A DNA stretch of 64,000 bases from Candidatus Eiseniibacteriota bacterium (GTDB taxonomy: Bacteria > Eisenbacteria > RBG-16-71-46), in contig CAVZLN010000003.1 in NCBI GenBank assembly GCA_963776245.1, positions 672,001-736,000 on the forward strand, given 5' to 3'. The translations under genes and the position numbers were made by a program. The notes below the pieces were generated by a model. It saw nothing but the letters and a program-made list of their open reading frames with translations. It was not told the origin of the DNA and ran no database searches. Shown one piece after another: positions 39,966 to 49,765 of the stretch. Each line of letters begins with the position of its first letter. Position 1 is the stretch's first letter.

Positions 39966-41852
39966 ATGAAGCTCCGCATCCCCCGTCCGCTCGCGTGGTG
40001 CGCCGGACTCGTGCTCGGACTCGCCGCGGGCTCGCCCGCACACGCCACCATCACGCCCGAGGCACAAGCGGTCGTGGAACGCTACATCGAGGCCACCGGC
40101 GGGCGCGCCGCGCTCGACCGGGTGGGCTCCCTGTACATGCGCATGACCATCGAGGCGTTCGGCTTCAAGGGCACCGCCGAGGCGTGGACGGTGGCGCCGG
40201 ATCGCGAGGCCTCCGACGTCACGCTCGGCCCGTTCCACGTGCGGGACGGCTACGATGGTGCGCGCGGCTGGCGGCTGGACCCCAGCGGCAAGCTGCTCAA
40301 GCTGGATGGCAAGGACCTCGAGGACGCCGTCGCGGGAGCGTGGTTCGCGAACGAGCGCTGGCTCGCGCCCGACCAGGGTGGCGGGAACGTGACGCTGGTG
40401 GGCCAGGAGAAGGATTCGACCGGGACCTTCACGGTGCTCGAGGTGGCGCCGCCCGCGGGACGCTCGCGCCGCATGTACATCGACCCGGGGACCGGGCTGG
40501 TCGCCCGGGTGGTGGCCATACGGGACGTGCACACCATGGTCACGACCAACTCCGAGTGGCGCGTCATCGGCGGGCGCAAGGTGGCCACGCGCGCGGTGCA
40601 GGCCGTGGTCGGCATGCCGGCCAACACCGTGACGCAGACGCTCGACACCCTGCAGGTGAACGTCGAGGTGCCGTCCTCGCGCTTCGCTCCCCCCGACGAG
40701 CAGCCGGCCGCCATGCGCTGGCTCCGGAAGGAGGGCGAGGCGCAGCTGCCATTCGAGTATCGCGGCCGGCACGTCTGGGTCCGCGGCTCGATCGATGGCG
40801 GGCCGCCGGCCGACTTCATCTTCGACACCGGCGCGAGCATGACGGTGCTCGACAGCGCGTATGCCGCGCGCATCGGCCTGAAGCCCGAGGGCGCGATGGA
40901 GGGGCAGGGCGCCTCCGCGTCGGGCAACGTGTCGTTCGCGCGCCTGAAGACCCTGCGGCTCGAGTCGCCGGCGGGCGACGGCATCGAGCTGCAGGACGTG
41001 AAGGTGGGCGTGCTCTCGATCAACGCGGTCCTCGCGCCGTTCTTCTGGCGCGACTGCGCGGGCATCATCGGCTTCAACGTCCTCGGGCGCTTCGTGGACC
41101 GCATCGACTACGACGCCCGGACGCTCACGTTCTACGAGCCGCGGACGTTCGCATACGCCGGGCGCGGGGCGCGCGTCCCGTTCCGGCTGGCGGGATCCAT
41201 CCCGGCGGTGTCCATGACCGTCGACGGCCGCTACACCGGCGAGTTCCGCATCGACGTCGGCAGCAGCAGCACGGTGGACCTGCACACGCCGTTCGTGAAG
41301 CAGCACGGGCTGCTCGCGAAGGCGAAACGCCGCGCCGAGGTGATGGGGGGCGGCTTCGGCGGGACCTTCACCAGCACGCTCACGCGCATGGGCTCGCTGA
41401 CCCTCGGCCCGTACACCTGGAAGGGCGCGCTGGTGTCCCTCCAGTCCGGCGGGACCGGGATGCTCGCGAGCGCCGACTACGCGGGCAACGTGGGGAACCA
41501 GATTCTCGACCGCTTCACGCTCACCATCGACTACGAACGGCGCGTGCTGTGGCTCGAGCCGGGCAAGGGCGTGGGCCGGCGCGACGCGTTCTCGCGCCTC
41601 GGCGCGCAGCTGGTGCTGATCGACGGCGCGGTGCGCGTCGGGCAGTTGCTGCCGGGCTCCCCGGCGGAGAAGGCGGGGCTGCGGGACCGGGACGAGGTGG
41701 TCACGATCGACGGCAGGCCGGCGCTCGACTACGGGCCCGACGCGATCAACCGCATGTTCGAGGAGCGGCGCGCGGGGACCCGGACCGTGTTCGAGGTGCG
41801 GCGCGACGGCGCGCTCGTGAAGCGGGTCGCCACCCTGGCCGACATCCTCTAG
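39966..41852 (+). CDS. Secreted tandem retropepsin-like aspartyl protease with N-terminal LolA-like and C-terminal PDZ domains
   Basis: Signal peptide; VERYIEATGG; FIFDTGAS...GIIG; FRIDVGSS...GNVG; PDZ GSPAEKAGLRDRDEVVTIDG. Confidence 0.82.
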   Translation: MKLRIPRPLAWCAGLVLGLAAGSPAHATITPEAQAVVERYIEATGGRAALDRVGSLYMRMTIEAFGFKGTAEAWTVAPDREASDVTLGPFHVRDGYDGARGWRLDPSGKLLKLDGKDLEDAVAGAWFANERWLAPDQGGGNVTLVGQEKDSTGTFTVLEVAPPAGRSRRMYIDPGTGLVARVVAIRDVHTMVTTNSEWRVIGGRKVATRAVQAVVGMPANTVTQTLDTLQVNVEVPSSRFAPPDEQPAAMRWLRKEGEAQLPFEYRGRHVWVRGSIDGGPPADFIFDTGASMTVLDSAYAARIGLKPEGAMEGQGASASGNVSFARLKTLRLESPAGDGIELQDVKVGVLSINAVLAPFFWRDCAGIIGFNVLGRFVDRIDYDARTLTFYEPRTFAYAGRGARVPFRLAGSIPAVSMTVDGRYTGEFRIDVGSSSTVDLHTPFVKQHGLLAKAKRRAEVMGGGFGGTFTSTLTRMGSLTLGPYTWKGALVSLQSGGTGMLASADYAGNVGNQILDRFTLTIDYERRVLWLEPGKGVGRRDAFSRLGAQLVLIDGAVRVGQLLPGSPAEKAGLRDRDEVVTIDGRPALDYGPDAINRMFEERRAGTRTVFEVRRDGALVKRVATLADIL

Positions 41853-41886
41853 GCGGCGTCCGGGCCGCGCGCGGCTCGGACGCCGG

Positions 41887-44160
41887 CTACTGCATCCGCA
41901 CGAACCGTCGCGTGACGGCGGCGCCGGGCGTGACGAAGCGCGCGAAGTAGACGCCCGCGGGCGCGAGACTGCCCGCCCCGTCGCGTCCATCCCAGCGCAG
42001 CGAGTGCGCCCCGGCCGGGAACGCCCCGTTCGCCACGGTCGCCAGGCGGCGCCCGCTCACGTCCAGCACGTCGACCGTCACCGCGCCGGCGCGGGGCAGC
42101 GAGAACGCGAAACGCACCTCGCCGCGCGACGGATTCGGCGCCGGGCGCGCGAACCACAGGCCCGGCGCCCCGCCGTCCGCGCTCGCCGGGGCGGCGATGC
42201 GGAACAGGGACGGGCTCACGGCCGCGGACTGGTTGAGCGCGTGGTCGAACGCGGTCACGCGGATCAGGGCGCTGTCGGTCGCGACCGAGGGCACCGTCCA
42301 GCCGAGCGAATCCGCGCCGGTGAGCGCGTGCACGAGCGGCTCCCAGGGGCCCGCGCCGCCGTGATAGGAGACGTCCACGTCGACCGAGTCCACGCCGGCG
42401 TTGTCGGTCGCGGTCCAGCGCAGCGTGCGCTGGTCCCCGAAGATCCACTGTTCGCCGCCGAGCGGCGCCAGCAGCGTGACCACCGGGGCCGCCACGTCCG
42501 TGAACGCCGCGGTCACGCTCTTCGCCGCGTCGATCACGACCAGCGCCGTGTCGGACACGCCGCTCGCGTCCCCGCTCCAGCCCGCGAACGCCCAGCCCGC
42601 GGCCGGAGCGGCGATCAGGCGCACGGAGGTGCCGTAGAGATAGACCGCCAGGTCGGGTGTGCGGGTGACCGCGCCCGATCCGGCGAGGCTCACCGTCAGC
42701 GAGAACGGGTCGCCCTCGAACGTGGCGGCGAGCGTGCGGGGACCGAGCACGTTCGTGAACGAGAAGGTCGTGTCGGGCGGGACCGCCCCGCCGTCCACCG
42801 TGAGCGTCGCCACGTGGTGACCGAGGTCGGGCCGGATCGAGAACGTCCGGCTGCCGCCCTGCGCCACCCCCACCGAGCCGCTCGGGCTGACGGTCCCGCC
42901 CGGGCCGGCGGTGGCGAGGATGATCCAGCGGTCGATGGTGAAGTCGGTAGCGCTCGAGTCGGCGCCCAGGTTCCCCGCCGCGTCGCGCGCGCGCACGCGC
43001 ACCCGGGCGGTGCTGGTGGGCGAGTCGGGAACGGTCCAGGCGTACGCGCCCGTGTTGGCGATGCCGGAGGCGAGGCTGGTCCACGAGGCGCCGCCGTCGC
43101 CCGACCAGGCGACGTCCGCGCTGGTCACGCCGACGGCGTCGGTGGCGGTCCAGGTGATGGACTGGGACGAGCCCGCCTTCCACGTCTCGCCGCCGTTCGG
43201 CGAGGTCACGCTCACCGACGGGGCCGAGGTGTCGCCTGCGGGCGGGTCGCGGCGGGTGGCCCACATCGTGGCATTGAGGAACAGCAGGCTGTCGCGGCCC
43301 GCGGCCTCGCCCCAGCCGTCGAAGATGCTGCTGTTGCCGGGCTGAGCCGAGCCATCGTCCACCGGACTGCTGTCCCCGATCATGAAGATGCGCCCGTTGC
43401 CGTACACGCTGCTCGCCGCCATCACGCCGGTGGTGCTGCTCTGCGCCAGCCCCTTCATCCAGACCTCGCCGCGCACCTGCGGGTTGATACCGGGGTAGAG
43501 GAAGAGGGTGGTGCCGTTGTGGAACGAGAGCGAGTCCGCGACGCCGTTGGGCCCGAAGATGATGGAATCGGATGGCGCGGTGGCGTGGTTGCCCGAGTCC
43601 TGCACGATGTTGTTGTTGGCGTCCCCGGCCGTGCCCCAGTGCACGCCCCACAGCTTCAAGGCGTCGAGGTCGTTCCAGACCATCGGCGAGTCCCAGCCGT
43701 CGCCGTTGCGGTCCGAGATGTGGTGGTCGGCGATGGCGATCAGCCCGCCGCCGTCGCGCACGAAGTTGAAGATGGCGGTGGACTCCGCCGCGCTGAACGG
43801 CCCCTGGGGCTCGGGCACGATGAACACGTCGTACTTCGACAGGTCGTACGGGTTCGCGGGATTGTTGTAGGTGATCCCGTACGTCGCGGTGAGCGTGGCC
43901 ACGAAGTAGCCGCGCTTGACCAGGTCGATGCCGTACGACGAGATGGCGCCGAGCCACGTGGTGCGCGGGCTCGCGGCGGTGATCGTGCCCTGGTCGGGGA
44001 CCGGCAGCGGCTGGTCGGTGTCGATGATCCAGTCGGCGTTGCCAGAGGTCTCGGCCTTGGTGTTGTCGAACAGCGCGCGCTTGGGCGCGGCGGAAGCCGG
44101 GAGCGCGAGCAGCGCGAGCGAGGACAGCGCGAGGGCGACGAGGGTACAGCAGCGCTTCAT
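41887..44160 (-). CDS. Secreted multidomain protein: GATase-like/DUF4350 N-domain, Ig-like and InlB-B-like repeats, FlgD/T9SS-like C-terminal domain
   Basis: Signal peptide; LFDNTKAETSGNADW, GGGLIAIADH; VTSPNGGETW; APNPSRG...VLDVSGRRLATV...WDGRDGAGSLAPAGVYFARF. Confidence 0.75.
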   Translation of the reverse strand: MKRCCTLVALALSSLALLALPASAAPKRALFDNTKAETSGNADWIIDTDQPLPVPDQGTITAASPRTTWLGAISSYGIDLVKRGYFVATLTATYGITYNNPANPYDLSKYDVFIVPEPQGPFSAAESTAIFNFVRDGGGLIAIADHHISDRNGDGWDSPMVWNDLDALKLWGVHWGTAGDANNNIVQDSGNHATAPSDSIIFGPNGVADSLSFHNGTTLFLYPGINPQVRGEVWMKGLAQSSTTGVMAASSVYGNGRIFMIGDSSPVDDGSAQPGNSSIFDGWGEAAGRDSLLFLNATMWATRRDPPAGDTSAPSVSVTSPNGGETWKAGSSQSITWTATDAVGVTSADVAWSGDGGASWTSLASGIANTGAYAWTVPDSPTSTARVRVRARDAAGNLGADSSATDFTIDRWIILATAGPGGTVSPSGSVGVAQGGSRTFSIRPDLGHHVATLTVDGGAVPPDTTFSFTNVLGPRTLAATFEGDPFSLTVSLAGSGAVTRTPDLAVYLYGTSVRLIAAPAAGWAFAGWSGDASGVSDTALVVIDAAKSVTAAFTDVAAPVVTLLAPLGGEQWIFGDQRTLRWTATDNAGVDSVDVDVSYHGGAGPWEPLVHALTGADSLGWTVPSVATDSALIRVTAFDHALNQSAAVSPSLFRIAAPASADGGAPGLWFARPAPNPSRGEVRFAFSLPRAGAVTVDVLDVSGRRLATVANGAFPAGAHSLRWDGRDGAGSLAPAGVYFARFVTPGAAVTRRFVRMQ

Positions 44161-44440
44161 TCGGTTCTCCGTACGCGCACGGGATGCGACGACGCGAGTG
44201 GACAGGCAGTGACGTATACGGGGAGGGGGCGGGGGAGCGACCCGACCATCCGCCGGGCGGCGCTAAGGAGGCTCAAGTGTAGGGGACGACCGGCCGCGGC
44301 GCCAAGCCGGACCCGCGTGTGCCACGAGGCCGGCGAGCGCGTCGGGGCGCGGTGGCGGGATTCGATGGGGTAGACTGCACGCCCCGGCGGGGAGCGCCGG
44401 GCGGCCGGGTGCCGCCCGGGGACGGCGACGGAGGTGCACG

Positions 44441-44998
44441 ATGAGGCGGTTTCTCGACCGACTGCGAGGGCCATTCGAGCAGATCGCCCTGCGGGTCAGC
44501 TGGAAGCTGCTGATGATCATGTCGAACGAGCGCCGCATCCGCGTGCTGCGCACGCACGGGGTGCGCATCGGCAAGGACTGCCTGGTGTACACCACGCTGT
44601 TCTCGACCGAGCCCTACCTGGTGGAGATCGGCGACCATGTCGCGATCTCCTCCGGGACCAGTTTCGTCACCCACGACGCGTCCCCCTGGCTGTTCGAGGA
44701 CTGTCCCGACATGGACGTCTTCGGGCAGATCCGGGTCGGCGACAACACCTTCTTCGGCACCAATTGCACGGTGCTGCCGGGCACCCGGATCGGCTCGAAC
44801 TGCGTCATCGGCTCGGGCTCCGTGGTGCGCGGGGAGATCCCCGACGATTCGGTGGTGCTCGGGAACCCGGCCCGGATCGTGATGAAGACCCCGCTGTTGA
44901 AGCAGCTGCTGGTGAACCACAAGCACCGACTGGACACGCGCCACCTGCCACCCCGGGAGAAGGAGAAGGTCCTGCGGCGCCACTTCGGGCTCGCCTAG
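44441..44998 (+). CDS. Hexapeptide-repeat (left-handed beta-helix) O-acyltransferase, capsule CapG-like
   Basis: GVRIGKDC, TEPYLVEIGDHV, FVTHD, VLPGTRIGSNCVIGSGSVV, GNPARIV; GGAGG RBS. Confidence 0.85.
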   Translation: MRRFLDRLRGPFEQIALRVSWKLLMIMSNERRIRVLRTHGVRIGKDCLVYTTLFSTEPYLVEIGDHVAISSGTSFVTHDASPWLFEDCPDMDVFGQIRVGDNTFFGTNCTVLPGTRIGSNCVIGSGSVVRGEIPDDSVVLGNPARIVMKTPLLKQLLVNHKHRLDTRHLPPREKEKVLRRHFGLA

Positions 44999-45071
44999 TC
45001 CGTGTCCGCGGGGCCGGCGAGCGGCCCACCCCACCCGGCCTGGCCGGGTCCGCGAGAAGGAGCACCCTGAG

Positions 45072-45314
45072 TTGGACATCCTGAACGAAGTCCGCGACTA
45101 CCTGCTGGCCGAGTTCCCGACCGAACGCACCTCCTTCACCCCGCAGGAGAACCTGCTCGCCCAGGGGGTCATCGACTCGATGGGATTGCTGAAGCTGGTG
45201 GGCTTCCTCGAGCAGCGCTTCGGCTTCGAGGCCGCTGACGCCGACATGGTCCCCGAGAACTTCGCGACCCTCGAGAAGATCCGCGACTTCGTCGAGCGGA
45301 AGAAGAGGGGCTGA
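45072..45314 (+). CDS. Stand-alone acyl/peptidyl carrier protein (PltL/RedO/AnaD-like)
   Basis: LLAQGVIDSMGLL (phosphopantetheine Ser), FLEQRFG, PENFATL; AAGGAG RBS plus TTG. Confidence 0.88.
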   Translation: MDILNEVRDYLLAEFPTERTSFTPQENLLAQGVIDSMGLLKLVGFLEQRFGFEAADADMVPENFATLEKIRDFVERKKRG

Positions 45315-45316
45315 CG

Positions 45317-46462
45317 ATGGATCTCTCGTTCACGCCCGAGCAGGTCGCCCTGCGCAGCGAGGTGGTCCGGTTCGCGAAGCGCGAGCTCAACGCCGGGCTC
45401 GTCGAGCGCGAGCGGGAGCACGCCTTCTCCCGCGAGCGCTGGGAGCAGTGCGCCGCCATGGGGATCCAGGGCCTGCCCTTCCCGCGCGAGTACGGCGGCG
45501 CGGATGCCGACATCGTGACCACGATGCTGGCGATGGAAGGCCTCGGCTACGGCTGCCACGACAGCGGACTGATCTTCGCGATCAACGCGCAGATGTGGGC
45601 CGTGCAGACCCCGCTCTGGCAGTTCGGGACCGCGGAGCAGAAGCGGAAATACCTCCCGCCGCTGTGCGGCGGCGAGTGGATCGGGGCGCATGGCATGTCG
45701 GAGCCGGGCGCCGGGTCCGACTCCTCGAGCATCTCCACCACCGCGGTCCGGCGCGGCGACCGCTGGGTCCTGAACGGGACCAAGACCTTCGTCACCAACG
45801 CTCCGATGGCGGACGTGTTCGTCGTTTTTGCGACCACCGATCCCGCGCAGGGCTTCATGGGGGTGACCGGGTTCGTGCTGGAGCGGGACACCCCCGGCTT
45901 CAGCGTGGGCAAGCCGATCGAGAAGATGGGCCTGCGCACCGCACCCATGGCCGAGCTGGTCTTCGAGGACTGCGCGCTGCCGCCGGACGCGCTGCTCGGC
46001 CCGGTGGGGGGCGGCGCCCGGGTGTTCGCGTCCTCGATGGAGTGGGAGCGCGGCTGCCTGCTCGCCAGTTACGTCGGCGCGATGGAACGCCAGCTCGAGA
46101 CGTGCATCGAGTACGCGAACACCCGGCGGCAGTTCAACCGTCCGATCGGCAGGTTCCAGTCGGTGGCGAACAAGATCGTCGACATGAAGGTGCGCATGGA
46201 GACGGCGCGGCTGCTGCTGTACCGGGTCGGATGGCTCAAGTCGGCTCAGCAGGAGGCGGTGATCGACGCCGCGATCGCCAAGCTCTACCTGAGCGAGGTG
46301 TGGGTGCAGTCCTGCCTCGACGCCATCCAGATCCACGGCGGGTACGGCTACATGACCGAGTACGAGCTCGAGCGCGACCTGCGCGATTCGGTGGCGGGCC
46401 GCATCTACTCGGGGACGTCCGAGATCCAGCGCAACATCATCGCGGCGAAGCTCGGACTGTGA
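45317..46462 (+). CDS. Acyl-CoA dehydrogenase-family L-prolyl-carrier protein dehydrogenase (AnaB/PltE/RedW-like)
   Basis: EGLGYGCHDSGLIFAINAQMWA, SEPGAGSD, SMEWERG, LYLSEVWVQSCLDAIQIHGGYGY, IYSGTSEIQR (Ser where MCAD has Glu). These match the prolyl-ACP oxidase subfamily as I recall it. Confidence 0.82.
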   Translation: MDLSFTPEQVALRSEVVRFAKRELNAGLVEREREHAFSRERWEQCAAMGIQGLPFPREYGGADADIVTTMLAMEGLGYGCHDSGLIFAINAQMWAVQTPLWQFGTAEQKRKYLPPLCGGEWIGAHGMSEPGAGSDSSSISTTAVRRGDRWVLNGTKTFVTNAPMADVFVVFATTDPAQGFMGVTGFVLERDTPGFSVGKPIEKMGLRTAPMAELVFEDCALPPDALLGPVGGGARVFASSMEWERGCLLASYVGAMERQLETCIEYANTRRQFNRPIGRFQSVANKIVDMKVRMETARLLLYRVGWLKSAQQEAVIDAAIAKLYLSEVWVQSCLDAIQIHGGYGYMTEYELERDLRDSVAGRIYSGTSEIQRNIIAAKLGL

Positions 46463-46481
46463 CCGCGACGGCCGTGGCGGC

Positions 46482-48131
46482 TCAGGCGGGTCCGGGGCCC
46501 GGGGCCCCGAGGCCCCGCACGAGCCCGACGCGGTCCACCTTGCCGGTCGAGGTGCGGGGAAGCGCCGGCAGCCACAGGATGCTCTCGGGCACCATGTAGC
46601 GTGGCAGCCGCGCCACGCAGTGGCGCTGGAGCGCGTGCTCGCTGAGCGTGGCGCCCTCGCGGACGACCACGGCGGCGAACAGGCGGAACTGTCCCTCGGC
46701 ATCCGGCACCGCGAGCGCCGCGGCGTCGGCCACCTCCGGGTGGTCGAAGAGTGCGGCCTCCACGTCGCCCAGCTCGATACGGTAGCCGCGCACCTTGACC
46801 ATCGCGTCGCGTCGCCCGAGGAAGGCCAGCCCGCCGTCCTCCATCCTCCGCACCACGTCGCCGGTGCGGTAGAAGGGGCCGCCCCCGCGGTTCGGCCGCG
46901 GGTCGGGCACCAGCGAGCGGTGCGTGCGCTCGGCATCGTTCCAGTAGCCCTGGAGCACGCTGTCGCCGCGCACCCACAGCTCGCCTTCCTCGCCGGGGCC
47001 CGCCTCGCGCGCGCCGTCGGCGACGATCAGCAATTCAGCGTAGGGACACGCCACGCCGATCGGCAGCGGCTCGCGCCGGCCTTCGAGGATCGGGCCGGCG
47101 ACGCGGTGGAAGGTGCACACATTGGTCTCGGTCGGCCCGTACCAGTTCTGCAGCGCCACGCCCGGCAGCTCGCCCTGGAGCGCGCGCAGCGCCTGGATCG
47201 GGAACACCTCCCCCGCGAAGAGCACCACGCGCAGGCGCGGGCGGTGGGTGGTGAAGGCGCGGGTGGCCGCCATCTTCGCGAGGATCGAGGGCACCGAGTA
47301 CCACACCGTGAGCCCCTGCGCCGCGATCCACTCCGCCAGCGGGAGCGGGAAGTAGCTCAGCGCGCCGGGCACCAGATGGACGCTCGCCCCGGCGAGGAAC
47401 GCGGCATAGAGATCGAACACCGAGAGGTCGAAGTGGAACGGGGCGTGGCTCGAGAGCCGGTCCTGGGGCCGCAGCGAGAGTTCGTCCGCGGCCCAGCGCA
47501 CGAACGCGAGCGCGTTGAGATGGGAGAGCATCACGCCCTTGGCCTGCCCGGTCGAGCCCGAGGTGTAGAGCACGTAGGCGAGGTCGCTCGCACCCGGGGG
47601 CTCCGGCAGCGGGCCGCGCTCGCCCGCGACCACCTCGTCGAGCCGGACCGTGGCCAGGGCGGGCGGGACGGCGCCGGACGCCGGAGCGGTCCCGCCCGCG
47701 AGCACCAGCAGCCGCGGCGCCGGGGCGCCCTCGCCCTCGAGCAGCCCGGCGCGACGCTCCAGTTCGTCGGCCGTGGTCACCAGCGCCGCCACGCCCGCGT
47801 CCGCGAGGATGGCGCGCGCGCGCCGCATCGGGGCGCCGGGGTCCACCGGGACGTAGGCCGCGCCCGCGCGCATGGCGCCGAGCAGGGCGATCACCGCGTC
47901 GGCCGACTTGGGGAGCAGCAGGCCCACCCGGTCGCCGCGCCGGACCCCGGCGGCGGCGAGCGTGCGGGCCAGGCGCGCGGACGCCTGTTCCAGTTCCCCG
48001 TAGGTGCACGCGCGCTCGCCATCCACCAGCGCGAGCGCGGCGGGATCGCGTCGCGCGGCGGCCTCGACCAGCTCCGAAAGGGAGGCGGGCGCGCCGGCGG
48101 GCTCGCGGGAAGATGGAAGGGTCGATGCCAT
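46482..48131 (-). CDS. Stand-alone adenylation enzyme, L-proline:carrier protein ligase (PltF/RedM/AnaC-like)
   Basis: YVLYTSGSTGQAKG, SSHAPFHFDLSVFD, VWYSVPS, VLFAGEVFP, NWYGPTETNVC, YRTGD, LPRTSTGKVDR. Specificity code read by eye is DLFYLAWVCK, close to stand-alone Pro codes. Confidence 0.82.
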   Translation of the reverse strand: MASTLPSSREPAGAPASLSELVEAAARRDPAALALVDGERACTYGELEQASARLARTLAAAGVRRGDRVGLLLPKSADAVIALLGAMRAGAAYVPVDPGAPMRRARAILADAGVAALVTTADELERRAGLLEGEGAPAPRLLVLAGGTAPASGAVPPALATVRLDEVVAGERGPLPEPPGASDLAYVLYTSGSTGQAKGVMLSHLNALAFVRWAADELSLRPQDRLSSHAPFHFDLSVFDLYAAFLAGASVHLVPGALSYFPLPLAEWIAAQGLTVWYSVPSILAKMAATRAFTTHRPRLRVVLFAGEVFPIQALRALQGELPGVALQNWYGPTETNVCTFHRVAGPILEGRREPLPIGVACPYAELLIVADGAREAGPGEEGELWVRGDSVLQGYWNDAERTHRSLVPDPRPNRGGGPFYRTGDVVRRMEDGGLAFLGRRDAMVKVRGYRIELGDVEAALFDHPEVADAAALAVPDAEGQFRLFAAVVVREGATLSEHALQRHCVARLPRYMVPESILWLPALPRTSTGKVDRVGLVRGLGAPGPGPA

Positions 48132-48201
48132 ACTCGGATCACCGGTGCGGGTGGAGATGCAGGGGACCGCGCGGGATACCTCGTCGCTCGGCGGCGGCGG
48201 G

Positions 48202-48231
48202 AGACTACCGAGGACGTCGCCGGATGGTCAA
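48202..48231 (-). promoter_or_regulatory. Sigma70-like promoter for the adenylation gene
   Basis: TTGACC-N18-TAGTCT. Confidence 0.5.
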
Positions 48232-48330
48232 TCCATGGGCCGACGCAGGGATCGCAGCGCGGACCGCGCGCGGTCAGAGGTCCGCGGACCGAACCCGCCG
48301 TGACCCCTCGCGGGGTGTCCGCGCCGGCCT

Positions 48331-49764
48331 TCAGTCGTGGGCCGGCGGCAGGTCCTGCGGCCCGCGCAGCGGCGGGCGCTCGCGATGGAAGCGCGTGCGC
48401 CTCTGGTAGGCCTCGCCCACCGCGAGCACGGTGGCCTCGTCGAACGGGGCGCCGGTGATCTGGAATCCCGCGGGCATGTGTGCCTTGCCGAACCCGCACG
48501 GCAGCCCGAGCGACGGCAGGCCGCAGGTGTTGCCGAACGCGCCCACCGGATCGCCGTAGGGGAGCGCGGTGTAGAGGTCGTCTTCGATGCGCGAGGCGAC
48601 CGACAGGAAGTTGGGTGTCACGATCACGTCGCACGAGCGGAAGAACCCGGCCATCGCCCGCTGGATGCGGGCGCGGATGCGCCACGCCTTCACCAGATCG
48701 GCGCCGGTCAGCGCGGCGTTGATTTCGGGCTGATGCGGGGCGAAGACATCCTTGAGCAGGCGCACCCGCCCGTCGCGGTAAAATGACTCGAACGCCGAGA
48801 GCGCCTCGGCGGTGATGATGGTCCCCGCCACTTCCGCGGCCGGCAGCTCGGGCAGCTTCGCCTCGGTCAGCCGGAGCCCCGCGGCCCGCAGCTCGGCCAC
48901 CGCGCCGTCGAAGGCGGCCTTCACCTCGGGCTCGCCGCCGGCGGAGAAGTCCATCGGCACCAGCGCGGCGCGCAGCGAGGACAGCGGCTTCGGCGACTTG
49001 TGGACCAACCGCACCGGCTCCTGCGCACTGGTCGGATCCTCCGGGTCTGCACCGGCGATGGCCTGCAGGATGAGCCGGCAGTCCTCGGCGCTGCGCGCGA
49101 GCGGGCCGACCTTGTCGTAGGTCGAGGAGCACGCCATCGCGCCGGCGCGGCTCACGCGCCCGTAGGTGGGACGCAGGCCGGTGATCCCGCAGAACGCCGA
49201 CGGGCACAGGATGGAGCCCCACGTCTCGGTGCCGAGGGCGAAGGCCGCGAGCCCGGCCGCGACCGCGGCGCCCGAGCCCGACGACGATCCCCCGGTCCAG
49301 CGATCGGTCCCCCATGGATTGCGCGAAGGTCCGTCGATCGAGGCGTTGGCGTAGCGATACCCCAGCCCGCCGGCGAACTCGATCATCGCGGTCTTGCCGA
49401 GCAGGATCGCGCCCGCCTCGCGCAGCCGGCGGACCACCGTCGCGTCGCGGTCGAACACCTGGTCCCGGCACGCCGCGGTGCCCCAGGTGGTGCGCACGCC
49501 GGCGCACGCGAACAGGTCCTTGGCGCCGTACGGGACGCCGTGCAACGGGCCGCGCCAGCGCCCCGCGACCAGCTCGCGCTCGGCGAGCCGCGCCTGCTCG
49601 AGCGCCAGGTCGTGCGTGACGGTCGTGAACGCGTTGAGGCGCGGATTGAGCGACTCGATGCGGCGCAGGTACGAGAGCGTCAGTTCCACCGGTGAGAGCT
49701 GCTTCGCCCGCAGGCCGCGCGAGAGCTCGGACACGCTCTGGAACAGGATGTCGTCGCCGTACAT
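48331..49764 (-). CDS. Amidase signature family enzyme (GatA/AtzE-like)
   Basis: GPLHGVPYGAKDLF (Lys), TGGSSSGS (cis-Ser), GTETWGSI (Ser), GLRPTYGRVSR; no signal peptide. Confidence 0.9.
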   Translation of the reverse strand: MYGDDILFQSVSELSRGLRAKQLSPVELTLSYLRRIESLNPRLNAFTTVTHDLALEQARLAERELVAGRWRGPLHGVPYGAKDLFACAGVRTTWGTAACRDQVFDRDATVVRRLREAGAILLGKTAMIEFAGGLGYRYANASIDGPSRNPWGTDRWTGGSSSGSGAAVAAGLAAFALGTETWGSILCPSAFCGITGLRPTYGRVSRAGAMACSSTYDKVGPLARSAEDCRLILQAIAGADPEDPTSAQEPVRLVHKSPKPLSSLRAALVPMDFSAGGEPEVKAAFDGAVAELRAAGLRLTEAKLPELPAAEVAGTIITAEALSAFESFYRDGRVRLLKDVFAPHQPEINAALTGADLVKAWRIRARIQRAMAGFFRSCDVIVTPNFLSVASRIEDDLYTALPYGDPVGAFGNTCGLPSLGLPCGFGKAHMPAGFQITGAPFDEATVLAVGEAYQRRTRFHRERPPLRGPQDLPPAHD

Positions 49765-49765
49765 G

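Noticed and set aside
44220..44236. G-quadruplex in the divergent promoter region
   Set aside because: Only three clear G-tracts; unremarkable in GC-rich DNA.
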